Source: Trichomonas gallinae (taxonomy: Eukaryota). Taken from it: 57,819 nt of DNA. Where the stretch lies: NCBI GenBank assembly GCA_008369845.1, contig MRSU01004550.1, positions 1 to 57,819 of the forward strand. The letters are read 5' to 3'. Made by a program: the position numbers and the translations under genes. Under the pieces are notes generated by a model. That model was not told the DNA's origin. It ran no database searches and saw nothing but the letters and a program-made list of their open reading frames with translations. Positions 1 to 12,300 of this stretch are shown in pieces; the first letter of the stretch is position 1, and the number at the start of each line of letters is the position of its first letter.

Positions 1-255
1 CTTAGCCATTTTGGCCGATTGCCGAAATTCGAGGGGGTTAGCCGGCTACCGGAGACAATAGGACTAAAGTCCATTATTTAATTAGTCAAGTTGTAAAGTT
101 CATCGGTCAAAATATTTAGCATCCAACGAAATCGCCCCAAAATCTCAAAATATATACGTTAGATGCCTCCGAAGAAATTTTTGCTATTCGCTGGGAATTT
201 TTGTTCGTAGATATTTACATGTCGGATTTGTCATGTAAATAATAATTTGTCAAAA

Positions 256-1284
256 ATGTATCGCAACTATCTTGATTATTATAGTAATTGTTACAATGAT
301 AATTATGAAAGTTATGCGAATTACGAAAACTCAAAAGGATTCAATACGATGAGATTAGCAGAATTAATTGACCAAATGAAAGATATAATTATTTTTCGAG
401 AAGCTAGAGAAGCAATGATCCGTTCTTATTCAGGAATCGAAGAATCCTTTCTAATTGAATTATCGAAAAATTTACCAATACTTGTAGAACATCCTTCGGG
501 AATTATGTTCTTGTATAAAACATTTCAAAAAGCAAAAATCATTCCACAAGACATGCTTACAGCGATTTCCTTCTTACTTGAACCGATTATTCGATTTACT
601 GCAGGAATCAGAATATTTAGAATGCTTTTCTCTTTTTTCGATGATTCAATTAAGGATAAACTCGTAGATTATTGTCTAGGATTGGATTATCGAACTATAA
701 ATGATGAAATGGCATCATTTATATCATACATTATTCGAACTTATTCGATTCCAAATTATAAATTATACCAATTCATTGATTTTGATATATATTCATCAAA
801 TCCATCGCTAGTCATTATTGGTAGAAATATTATTGAGCATGGTGATATCGAATTAGTGTCTCGATTTTATGAAATCATCAAAACTAAATTTAGAAACGCA
901 ATTTTCTCAAAAATTCATATTCCTCTCATAGTATCACTGATATATAGAATTCCGAAATCGATATTATTAGATTTTCTTCAAAGGTTTGATATTAAATCTA
1001 TGATTTTTCACTCTGAACAATGGAAACTTGTTCATGCATTGATCACCACTACACCTATGCATACGAAGGTAATGATTACTCGTAAAATTTTCTTATTTGT
1101 AATGGAAAAGATTGATAATACTGATATTCCTCCAAGGATCGATTCATTGTTACATTTTGCTTTTCAAATGATTGACTCACAATCAAAAAATAACTTACTT
1201 TTAACCTTGCCGGCGACTAGATATAATGATAAATTACCAAAATTCTATTCATTTGTTGATAACTACCAAAAACTAGTAGGGTAA
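256..1284 (+). CDS. Hypothetical alpha-helical protein, possibly with degenerate Pumilio/PUF-like repeats
   Basis: Open frame of about 342 codons from the first ATG (256; the track start at 247 is TTG). Segments such as HPSGIMFLYKTFQ, NPSLVIIGRNIIEHGD and HSEQWKLVHALIT loosely resemble PUF helices. Product call is weak. Confidence 0.6.
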   Translation: MYRNYLDYYSNCYNDNYESYANYENSKGFNTMRLAELIDQMKDIIIFREAREAMIRSYSGIEESFLIELSKNLPILVEHPSGIMFLYKTFQKAKIIPQDMLTAISFLLEPIIRFTAGIRIFRMLFSFFDDSIKDKLVDYCLGLDYRTINDEMASFISYIIRTYSIPNYKLYQFIDFDIYSSNPSLVIIGRNIIEHGDIELVSRFYEIIKTKFRNAIFSKIHIPLIVSLIYRIPKSILLDFLQRFDIKSMIFHSEQWKLVHALITTTPMHTKVMITRKIFLFVMEKIDNTDIPPRIDSLLHFAFQMIDSQSKNNLLLTLPATRYNDKLPKFYSFVDNYQKLVG

Positions 1285-1645
1285 GTATTAATAACATGAT
1301 TTTAATAGTCATTATTCGAATTCATTACATTTCAGATTTCATATTTGAAATTTCGAAATTTTGACTCAATGATTGAATTTCTTGTATTTATCTTCCAAAA
1401 AACTAATATACTCATCAAGAAATAATTAATTCATCAAATTTATATATTTTCATTTATTATTTTTAAATGATATACTACCGATTTACATATAAACTATTTA
1501 TAGCTCTATTATATCACGCACAGATATACAGCATATATAATAATAATTTGATAACATTTTTTTGTCAAATTTCTATATTGACGTTTTATTTATATACATA
1601 CAAGCACCATATATTCAATGAATTTAAGTCTATTCGAATTAATAT

Positions 1646-2287
1646 TTATATTTTTAATATCTTTCTTGCATGAGAAAGGTGACCTATTATAGTAATATCT
1701 TCATCATCTTCCGATAAGTCAATTATATCATCCTCGCGATCATATATTACATCGCCAAAGAATTCTAATTTGTTTAATGCGAACCCAGGCATATCTCCTG
1801 GATATGGATCATCCTGTATTATCCTCACATATCGTGCATCATAGTATCTATCTAATGTGTAGAACTTCTCATTGCAATACTCAAAATCTTTGTCTTTTTC
1901 AACTTTGTGGATAGTTTTCCACGTTTTATTATCCTCTGATGTTTGAAGTGACCATGAATATAAACAGCCTCTTATGTTATAATTAAATCTCTCGGCAGGA
2001 CATATTGTATAACAGCATCCAGCACGAATAAATAATTTATCAAATTTTACTCTTGCATTTTTAACTGAAAATGATATCCATGGGCGCCCTTCAAAAGCAT
2101 AATAAAGATTCGAAAGCCAATCATGATTTTTAACGCTTGGCTCAATAGGATATTCGGGTTTAGTCATTTCTATAACTCCATTGACTTTTTGTCTTGAGCT
2201 TCCACTCGCTGCTATCTGTACTATATTATGGTGATATATTTTTGAAAAAATTCCTTCAACTTTTATAATACAAAGAAATTCAATCAT
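1646..2287 (-). CDS. F5/8 type C (discoidin/galactose-binding-like) domain protein
   Basis: Motifs SWSLQTSEDNKTWKTIH, RYVRIIQDD and LNKLEFFG, plus acidic tail DDEDITIIGH. ATG at 2287 (MIEFLCII) follows AAAGTGAC. An upstream in-frame ATG at 2326 is also possible. Confidence 0.75.
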   Translation of the reverse strand: MIEFLCIIKVEGIFSKIYHHNIVQIAASGSSRQKVNGVIEMTKPEYPIEPSVKNHDWLSNLYYAFEGRPWISFSVKNARVKFDKLFIRAGCCYTICPAERFNYNIRGCLYSWSLQTSEDNKTWKTIHKVEKDKDFEYCNEKFYTLDRYYDARYVRIIQDDPYPGDMPGFALNKLEFFGDVIYDREDDIIDLSEDDEDITIIGHLSHARKILKI

Positions 2288-2703
2288 TGTCACTTTTAAT
2301 ATAACATGAATTTCAATTTCGGACATGGAAAATGACTTGTCTATCCATATAAAACCAAATTATTCAATTTGAAATGAAAGATAAATCAAATATCATTTAA
2401 ATTTAACGATCAGAACCATAATTACAGCAGATATTAAATGTATGGATTGCTATGTTTTTGTATACGCAATGGCACGAACTAAAATAAAAAATATTATTGA
2501 AAATTTTAAAACTATACTTTATAATGGGTCTGTGATTGCAAGCCAATTCCAATTTGATATGATATATACAGCATATGATGCATATATGTTATTTATTAAG
2601 AAATATTGGATTCAAAATTTTCTTAAGAATATTAGCACGAAATGCTCATATAAATTCGTAGCTGAGAAATGCTGCTAGCAATTTTTATAATCAATATAAA
2701 GAT

Positions 2704-3291
2704 TCAGTTATTTATAGAAATAAAAACATTAAAAATTAAGTAATTGAACAAATAAGGTTGTATAAATTCGGTTATGCATCCACAGTCATATTTACCAACC
2801 GTAGAATTGAACAATGTTCCATAAAATTCAATTTGTTGAACAGTCACGTGACCTTGTGGGAAAATAAACCGGAATTGGTTTGCAATCATAGCTTGTGGCA
2901 TATATATCCCAATATATCCTCGTGTTGTATAATTTATTTCTTCTCTTGAATCGATTTGAGTCCATTTGTTATTGTTATGCCTGCATAATAGTTTCCAATA
3001 TCTAAAATTACCACTATTTGGTTCAATGTCACTTCTTTGTTGCAATTGGTAATGAGATAATAAAATTGAATGTTTCAATAATTTAAAATCGAGCTGAATG
3101 AATCCATTTACAGATGTATATGCAGCAGGATCAAATGTTTCAATAGTAAATATATTTGACGGTTGATATCTTGTATTAAAATATTGAATATCGTTGCTTG
3201 TGTAATTTATAACATAATTTATTTCTTCCTGATGACTGCTGATGAAACCTGTAAAATATTTTTCTGACTGCGGAGCCAGAAGTTCGATGTT
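2704..3291 (-). pseudogene. Start-less F5/8-like surface protein ORF (pseudogene or non-AUG gene)
   Basis: Frame is open from 3291 (after TAA at 3292-3294) to 2704, about 195 codons, with the first Met far into the domain. Motifs LSHYQLQQRSD, WKLLCR..KWTQID and VQQIEFYG; hydrophobic C-terminus. Confidence 0.65.
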
Positions 3292-3357
3292 TTAGGGAAA
3301 AAAATGATCTAAAAGTGACCCTCACTGCGAATATTGATTTTTGGGTGTTGGAATTTC

Positions 3358-3411
3358 TCGGAGTCTCGTGGCCAATGGTTTACACTCAAGACGCCATGAG
3401 ACGCCGATACA
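3358..3411 (+). other. GC-rich intergenic hairpin, candidate structured RNA
   Basis: TCGG-A-GTCTCGTGGC (3358-3372) pairs with GCCATGAGAC-G-CCGA (3393-3407), with one G.U and one mismatch, and is followed by ACA. Confidence 0.4.
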
Positions 3412-3490
3412 AAATTCGACCGATTTTTGAAGCTAAGTAACTGTGACAAAAATAAACATCTTGAATATCCCTTCTCTCAAGGTTTTGTGA

Positions 3491-3712
3491 CATTGCGGTG
3501 TCTAATGGTGTTTTGTTGGATTTGAGTTTCGCAATACGTGTAATGAGATATTCAATTTTTTCGACATCTTTTTAGCAGCCTGATGAAGTGGAGTGAAACC
3601 ATTAAATCCATATCTATTTATAATTATACTCTTGAGAGAGGAGATACTCAATGATAGAGACTTGATTTCCTCTTGTCGCACCGTGGTGACATGTATTGCC
3701 TTGATTATTATT
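3491..3712 (-). pseudogene. Ankyrin-repeat pseudogene remnant
   Basis: Ankyrin-like pieces in different frames separated by stops and frameshifts: NNQGNTCHHGATRGNQVSIIEYLLS, GFNGFTPLHQAAK, IEYLITR..NKTPLDTAM. Confidence 0.65.
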
Positions 3713-4295
3713 CCATTTATTGTCGCCGCCACATGATTGGATGTACTTTATATTATATCAATGATTGAATAACAGTCTGTATATTATAGTCATTTATTAT
3801 ACACTCTGATAATCTAACATAAGGGTTAATTTTCGAACATCACAACTTAAAAAAAAAACAAATTTTACAAACTTTGAATACTTTACAAGACAAAAAATGT
3901 CAAAATTGTTTTCCAGAATTAAGAATCTCATCATTTGATGTTTCAACATGATTAATATGGACTGTGTGGATAATTCTCCTTGTTTCGATTATATCAATCG
4001 CAAGGATAAATTTTTCTCCAAAAAATGTTTGATGGTGACAAAATTCTTCACCATCATTGCCAAAAGTTACTGCATGATGTATGAAATAGAATAACTGAAT
4101 ATCATGGATAAAACTCTCAAAAATTCATCTTCAGAATTAAATCGGTTTCTCAGAAAGTGGGGTTTCGCCAATTTTATAGTATCCATTCATTTCCTTCGTT
4201 AACTGGAGATGTAAGCCGATACATTAAATTTCTCTTTCAATTGAATAATGATCGATTTTCGCCCTTTCAAAGTTATAAATATACATTTTTTATAA

Positions 4296-4706
4296 ATGGC
4301 GAATGATGATATGAGCTCTGTCAAGAAATCACAGCTCCACACCTCTGTTGGAACTTACCCTTTCTACTTAAACATTGAATCTTTCTTCATTGATAAAGAA
4401 ACACAAATTACTTATTACGTTGTGCAGCTTGGCATTCAGATTGATTCTGAAATCACTGTGAAGAATAAGCATTTGAGATACTCAGATTTATATAGGCTTC
4501 ATAAAGAAATTGAAAAATTAATTCCGAATAATACGAATTTCCCTGACTTCCCTAAGAAGAAGATATTCGGGAATAAGAAGATTAATTTCTTGAAACAGAG
4601 AATGATTGAGCTTAATCAGTATATTTCTTGCTTAACACAAATTCCTAACATTATGGAAAACTATACATTCAGGAAAACATTTAGTATTGGATGCAATTAC
4701 ATTTGA
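4296..4706 (+). CDS. PX (phox homology) domain protein
   Basis: RYSDLYRLHKEI...FPDFPKKKIFG...FLKQRMIELNQYI matches the PX signature (RYSdF..Lh, PxxPxK, R...L..Yl). Confidence 0.9.
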   Translation: MANDDMSSVKKSQLHTSVGTYPFYLNIESFFIDKETQITYYVVQLGIQIDSEITVKNKHLRYSDLYRLHKEIEKLIPNNTNFPDFPKKKIFGNKKINFLKQRMIELNQYISCLTQIPNIMENYTFRKTFSIGCNYI

Positions 4707-5076
4707 CTAGGTCCTTATTGTAATTTTTGTTTTAATATATTTTGAATTTTTCAATTTATCCTTTTATAGTTTAAACAAATTTGCTTTATCATTTATATGG
4801 ATATTTCTTTGAATTTTTGAGCAATATCTATGAATTTACAGTCTTCTAGAAGTCATTTCTTATATGTCTATAATGGATACATTATTTTGAAATTGTATAT
4901 TATTCAAATTGTTATATGTTAAAATATATAACAATATTTAGTATCCTGGGATGATATAACTTAGAATTCAAAATTCAAAAATAGTTTTCAAAAAATAGAC
5001 TAAAAGCATATTAAATATATCATATTGACGAAATAAGTGTATATCACAGGGCCATTATGTTCATACAACGCAAATT

Positions 5077-5808
5077 TTAAATAACAATGAAAACAAGATA
5101 AAAATACTGGCACCAATTATATAATGTGTAATGATGTGCATTATAGTCACATGTTTGCACTATAGGACCAGTAAAAACAGTTACATTTTTGCATCCAAAT
5201 GTTTTTGTAGGATAAGATGGAGAAACAAAAACCCGAGTGAATGAGGATGTTAAATTGAGTAAAGTCTCGCTTGATGAATGATCAATTGTACCAAAATAAT
5301 AAATATACTTTAAATTAATGCAATTTATGAATAAACCTAGATTAGATAGTGTTTGTACTGAATTAGGAAGTACAAGATAGCGTATAGATTGACATTCAGT
5401 AAGGAAAAAGTCACCAATGGAAATCAGAGATGAATTTTGAGAGAAAATTAACTGAGTTAGTTTTGGAAAATTACAGAAATAAGGTCCAATATACTTAATA
5501 GACTGAGGAATTGTAATTTTCCGAAGTTCAAATAAATCTGCAATTGAAGTATCTGGAATTTCTTCCAAAGTATTAGGTATTATTATTTCTTTAATGCTTC
5601 TAAGATTTCTGATGCAGCCATAAGTCATACTTTTGATTTCTCGATTTCCAATTTTTGAAGGAAGAACAAGAATCTCAGGAATGAGAGATCTATCGACGAA
5701 TGCATTGGTCCATTTTCCTTTTGATGAATCACCAAGTGTCCAAACTCCATTTACTTCTGTAGCGATAAAGTTTCCTTCAACAACTCGTGTTATTTTGTTA
5801 ACTAAACA
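5077..5808 (-). CDS. BspA-like leucine-rich-repeat surface protein, N-terminus unresolved
   Basis: TpLRR-type repeats (IKEIIIPNTLEEIP, LRKITIPQSIKYIG, IRYLVLPNSVQTL). The frame stays open 60 codons upstream of the ATG at 5628, up to 5808, without another ATG. Confidence 0.75.
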   Translation of the reverse strand, partial: CLVNKITRVVEGNFIATEVNGVWTLGDSSKGKWTNAFVDRSLIPEILVLPSKIGNREIKSMTYGCIRNLRSIKEIIIPNTLEEIPDTSIADLFELRKITIPQSIKYIGPYFCNFPKLTQLIFSQNSSLISIGDFFLTECQSIRYLVLPNSVQTLSNLGLFINCINLKYIYYFGTIDHSSSETLLNLTSSFTRVFVSPSYPTKTFGCKNVTVFTGPIVQTCDYNAHHYTLYNWCQYFYLVFIVI

Positions 5809-5895
5809 CTAAAGCAGTTGATTGAAGAAAGGATTTCCAAATATAAATCATACCATATTAAATTAGAAATTCCAAATCTATTATAAAAATATATT

Positions 5896-6103
5896 TGCCG
5901 TGTAAAAAAAAAAATGAATGACAATATGTCATGTAAAGCATTTTTAAAAATTATCATGTAAATGATATATTTCAATGTTTTCTGTCATGTAAATATATTA
6001 AATATTAATATTAATTTTGACATGTAAAATGAATTTAAAAATTGTCATGTATATGAATATTTTCAATTTTATTTGTCGCGTAAATGATATTTTGGCATGT
6101 AAT
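5896..6103. repeat. Array of 8 same-orientation TGWCRYGTAAA-like motifs
   Basis: Copies start at about 5896, 5927, 5952, 5983, 6018, 6043, 6074 and 6093. Confidence 0.8.
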
Positions 6104-6332
6104 ATGAATTTATCTGTCAAAAATGATAGGATATCGAAATTGGTTGATAGAACTCATCAATAGAAGTTTATTAGTCATGATTATTAAAATATATTATTTC
6201 TATCCAGGATCAAAATGTCCAGTATATGTTTAAATTTTTTGTGTCATCATTATTTGTTGAAATTTTCGAAGACAAATTTTAAAAAGTGAAAAAAAAAAAT
6301 TGACACCGAAAAATTTTTGTCAAATTTTTATA

Positions 6333-9300
6333 ATGCAGAAGTTTTTATTAATTGAGACAAATCCTAATTCTAAAGTCCCTAGGATCCAGTTTCTGCTGGA
6401 CCGCATCAGTGGCGACAAGAATGAAGGATTTTACAAGCTCGCGAATTCATTATTTAATTCATCGAATTTGAATCCGACTTATTCGTTAGTAGCACTGAAA
6501 GATATCGTGAATTTGTCACCTCTTAATACCAATAATGAATATAATGAGGAACAAATCAATCCACAATCGTCTTTCAAGTGGCTTTTCCTTATTTATTCGC
6601 TCACAGTCAAGAAATTGTCACAGGATCAGGAAATAGAACAAGGAAAAATCGAATTTGTCTTCTCAAAATTCCTCAACTACATTACAAAATCAGATTATTC
6701 GAAACCATTCGTTTTGCCTTTCATTTGTGGCATTTTATGTACTGCGGCTCATATTATTGACAAGCTAGAAGCCAACAATTTCCCACAAAATTTCATCTCT
6801 GACGAAGCCTACGAAATTTTTTATAAATTAATTTCATTAGAACAAATTCCAGAAATAGAAAAGACAATTGTTACGTCTGATTTCTCAGAATCAAGCATTC
6901 TTTCATTCTGTTTGCCATTATCTTTAGAATTTATTTCTCCAATGAACGTTTTTCATGATATCAAGTCTCTTCTCGCTACATCTGTTATTCGCCTACTTAT
7001 AAGAATACTTCCGAAGGCTCTTCCAAAGAATATTGAACAATTTCAATATATCATTCAGCCATTTGCAGTTAAAAGCATTACAAAGCAAGCAGGCGAAATA
7101 GTACTTGTTTTATTGTTCAATGGTGATGAAAACGCAGCATTTTGCTTCTCAGATAAAATTTGTTATTCATCTCTTGTTAAAGTCATCGAAGAACTTTATA
7201 AAACATCGAAGCAGTTCACAACATCACTTTCCTACTTAGATTCCATCAGACTTTCGAAGAAACTGAAAAATTTGCAAGAATTAACAGTAATTCGTCCAAA
7301 ATTCTGGATAGAATACTTACAAGAAGAAGCAGACCTCAAAAATATCCTCTGCAGCCTTGCAACAAGTGGATATGATCAAGATTTCATTGTTGCAACTGTT
7401 TCATTGTTGAGAATTGGAGAAGTTAAAGTTAATCATCAATTAATTTTGTTTTTGCTCCAATTACTTATATCTTCGTCCTTATCTGTCCTCAGAGATGAGT
7501 CAAGTAAGTTGCTTTTGTTAAATTATGAACAAGTTATTGACGAAATTCCAAATATTCTTCCAGAAGTCAGCAATTGTGGCTCAAGAAGTGAAACATTCTT
7601 CTCATTCTTGAAAGAACTGATTCCTAAGCTTGGAGATAAAGCTACTTTCGTTCTTAATTCGATTCAAAATTCAATTATTCAAGAAAACAATTCATTAAAG
7701 AAGCTTCCAAACTCATTCATTTATTCTCAGATCTCACAGTACATAGATCTGTCTGCCAGCTACTTAGATACTCGCCCGTGCATGATTTGCAATAATCCAG
7801 AAATTACTGCAACGAGATATCCACTATGCGACATCAGAGAATACATCAAATTCACGCATGATCAAATGTTCGTTAAACTCAACACGCCATTAATCCTCCA
7901 ATCATTAGATTTGAGTTTTTATGTCAAAAAACCAACACGTTTGCCAAGAATTGTCAAGTTTTATGTATCTTCTCAGGAACTTAATGATGCCATTGAGCTT
8001 AAATCAGACAAACCACAGTGGACTCACGTTTGCGATTTGAAATTCGAAAAAGATGCAACGTCAGCGACAGTCAATTTACCTTTGTCTTTATTCGCAACAT
8101 GTATACAGTTCCATTACACTGATTTCTGGGAGGAACCTGAAGGAACAAGACAAAATTGTCCGATGTGCCACAACGGAACACCAGATCCACGCTCAGGAAT
8201 ATGTCCAAATTGCCATGAAAACATTTATCAGTGCAGAGACTGCAGAAATATCAACTACGGACACTTAGACGGTTTCTTATGCAGCGAATGCGGCTCAAGT
8301 CGCTATGTTTCCTTCGAAACTCATATTACTGCAATCAGGAGCTTCTCTCATACACATATATGTAGCGAAAACGAGTGTGATTCATGCTTAGCAAAGGCTG
8401 ACGAACTTTTAGCTGAAGCACACAAATATTTCGGCCAATTATCATTATACAGGAAAGATATCGACAACGTGATATCGCCAACGAACCAGGCAACAGTCAG
8501 CGAAAAAACATCCAAATTACTCGACTTATACAACTCTAAATGCAGGAACGTTTTTAACCAACTAACACAGGTAGTACAGCACGTTTGCTCAATTCGCTCA
8601 GCTGTCGGCAAATACAAGAACAGGATATCGAATACATTGTCACACGCAGACTTCAACTCATGCTACAACTGCAGGAAGACATATTTATCGAAAGCGATTG
8701 GATTTTTGGGATCATTGACTGATTTAATGAAAATTGAAAAAGTTGACATTCCTAAGCTTTTGATTGATTTCGCTGATAATCCTTTATTCGGGCCAATTGC
8801 TATCAACTCTTTAACGAATTATTGCAGGATAAACACAGAACTGACGAACAGAATCATCGAATGGTTCATCAAGTCATTGCCGAATCCATCGCACGCTTTA
8901 GTAAACTTAGTTTGTTCATTGGAGCAAATCGACGATAACCAGAGAAACAGCAGATTAAAGATGTTGGTGAATACATTGACATCATGTGTCGAATATCTCA
9001 ACACATCGCCAAGTTTCACCCCTCTGGTCTTCCAGCCTGTTTTCGAGGCTGTCTGCAAATCAAAACTTATAATAAGAGATCAAAACAGATTTACAAAAAC
9101 CGTGATTTTGAATTCGATTATTAAAAACCGCAAACTCGAGAAATCATTCAATCTCCTTGAGTTATTCAACAATGAGTTACTCATTACGTTACTGATCGAC
9201 TGCAACAGCGAATCTGTCAGAGAGTTGATGTCTGAGATGTTAATCGAAACATCGAACCTTTCTCTGAATTTGAAGAGAAAAATATTCGACATTGTTTACG

Positions 9301-12300
9301 AAATAATCAAGAGCAAGAAAGATTTCTCCGACGAGCATCTTCAAGCCTATGAAGTTCTCCAACATATTCTAACATCAAACAGAATGATCAAGATTTCAGC
9401 ATATTTCAGCGGATTTTTCGACACAATAACTAATATACTTGAAAGTGAAGTCAACAAAGTCGTTTCAACTGAAGGCGCATTAGTTCTAGACTTGAATATT
9501 GGCATCGGAATCCACACATTGATGGATTTAGTTAATGTTTTCGTCCACAATCAAGCAATAACAAGATTTATCATTCTAAAGGAACCAGAAATCGCAGAGA
9601 AACTTATCCAGTGCTATTTCAAGCTCAAATCATTGATAGTTCAGAGATCGAAGCATCTTGATGATTCTATAAACTCTCTCAAAGAGTTCGCAATGATGAT
9701 GATGGCGAAAGAATTCATCTTGAACAAAGATGATGAAATTGTCAAACCGATTTCTATCATCGAAGAAACAAACTCAGCGACGCAGTCAATGGACGACATG
9801 TTCCCAGAAGACGACAACGGCTATGAAGACCACTACGATGACTACGGAGATGTCGAAGATGAAGAGCCGCAGCCAAACATTCCACTGCAAAATAACGAGC
9901 CAAGTTCTCCACCAAAGAAGACAGAAGAAGAGCCGCAGATTACTTCTGAAAACAAGAACGGCCCAGAACTGATGATGAAGGCTGCAGCACACTGCGTCAA
10001 ATTATGCCCAGAAATCGCAATAAGAGAATTATCAGCTATTGTTTTTCCAGTCAAAGTCGCCAGAAATGTACCAGTCATTTTCAAGAAATATTCATCTCAG
10101 GAAGATTTCTTGCCGGGCAGGCTTCCTTCTTCTGCAGTCATGTCTTCTAAGATCGGAACATTGATGAAACACATCAAGAACAAAATCTGCCAGGATCTCG
10201 GAATGTTGTCAATGATCGAAGATGACCATTCCATGGAATTATTAGTCGACAACAACATTATATCGTTGGATCTGAATATCCAAGATGTCTACGAGAAAGT
10301 CTGGGAGCCACATCACGGAAATTCAAACATGATCGTCGTCTGCAGAATCCAAGGTTTTAGTGGCGAAGCAACAGAGCCAATGATTACATCATTCCCACGT
10401 GAAGAATCAGAAGAAGAAGCGCCAGAAATCAAATACGCTTACACGACAGTTTTAATCGAATCAGGTGGCTTGCAGCAATTATTAGGTGCCGCAGATCTTC
10501 CTTTGCCTCAAAAATCATTGGAAAGTTTGTCGAAACTATTGGATGCTTTAGTCAAAGTTCCACAAAATCTTCAAGCTATGCATAAGATGAATGCTGTTGA
10601 CAAACTCTTTAACTTAATGCAGAGATTGATAGAAGGAGATGATGCCAATCTTTTCAGGTCTATTTTGTCAATCACTTCTGTTTTGATTAACAGCGAAAAT
10701 CCAACATTCACGAATCCAGACGAAAAGATTAAATTCATTTTCGTTTCCTTGGAGAAGAAGTTAGTACACGATAACAACAGCTTAGTTTCTCCAATTCTTT
10801 CCTTAGTACCAAGACTCGCTGCAGGCTCAAAGGTTTTAATGGGTCAAGTTGTCGGAATATTCTTAGAGAAAATCAAGCCGGAAGGTGATGTTAACTTGTT
10901 CGAAAAACCAGTTTCACTCTTCATGTTGAACGGTTTCGCTGAATTCGCTTGCGCAATTCCATCAACACCAGAAGGCAATGAAGTGAGAAATCTTCTCATG
11001 CAGCACAAACTCATCGACCAAGGATTCGCTTATCTCGAGAAAGTCTTCCCAGTTGGTTTGTCAATTACTTCTCCAGAATGGCAGAATGGCGTCAACGAGC
11101 CATCTGTCGCTGCTGTTCTCAAACTACTCGCTGGCTTGATGAGAGGCTACGAAGCAGCGCAGAAAGAGTTCGAGTCCATCAGGATTTTGTACATGATTTC
11201 ATTATCGAATGTTGCATCAACAACAAACATTGGTGAATTCGCCTCACAAGTCATTTCTTCTGCATGCGAATCCCCATCAATCGTTGCTGAAACAATCGAA
11301 GGAATCAAGAACAAGATCGCGCAGGAAACGAAGAACAAAGCTCAGCAAGACAGAGAGGAAGCAATCGCGAAAGCAAAAGAAGGCATGAACAACGAATTAC
11401 TCGAGATGCTTAACAACATCGGCGACGACACAGACTGGGAATGCGTCATCTGCAAGGAGCCTCCAGAAGAACACCCAGAAGCCCCACTTTATCTGTATGT
11501 TTATTCAAACAGAATGGGCGACTACAACAACACTGCAACTCATTTCATTTTGGTTCATAAGCACTGCCACCAGAACACTAAAACAACAGATCAGCGCGGA
11601 AGAAGAACGTTGGACGAATGGGAAGCTGCTAAGGTGAGAAACTGCGAGAGACCATGCAACGCATTATTCCCACTTCAGACACCTTCTCTTTCTACTGCTG
11701 ATTATCTTTCCAGCCTCTTATCATATGTCAGCGATCAATGCAGAGGACCAACAGATGTCTTCAAGGCCGTCTGGTTCGATGTCACACAGCATATAAAGAA
11801 CTTCGCGACGAACACAAACATTTCATTCGCTAATGGTGGAGGAAGTGTTCCAAATGTTGTCGCTTTGATTCCTTTCTTGATCCACGCTGGCTTCGTTGCA
11901 CTCGGCGAAAACACCAAACCATATGAATCTAAGATGGAGAGAATGTTGGCGAGTGGCGAAGATCCAGAAAGCGCAGCAAGCTTAGCTCTTTGGATGTTGA
12001 ATGTCGAAGAATTCCGCGCAGTCAAAGAGAAGTTGTTATTAAATCACCTCAAGGCTGATCAGGCCACAACATTCGAGAAAGCCAAGAAAGCATTGATTTT
12101 CATCATTTTCATATCAAGAGCTTTCGAGATGCTTTACAATGATTCCGGCATCGAAGCACAATTCAAAGATGGCAACATAGTCGTTGCTCCAAAGGATAAA
12201 CAGGTCAACGCCAAGAACGTCCACGATTTGGTTGTTGATAATGCATTGAACACAAAGAATGACTGGATAATGTTTGGAGAAGAGATGGAAGACGAAATTA

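Noticed and set aside
3363..3421. tRNA or U4 snRNA identity for the hairpin
   Set aside because: No cloverleaf or proper T-loop, and the U4 K-turn and U6-pairing segments are absent. Kept only as an unassigned ncRNA candidate.
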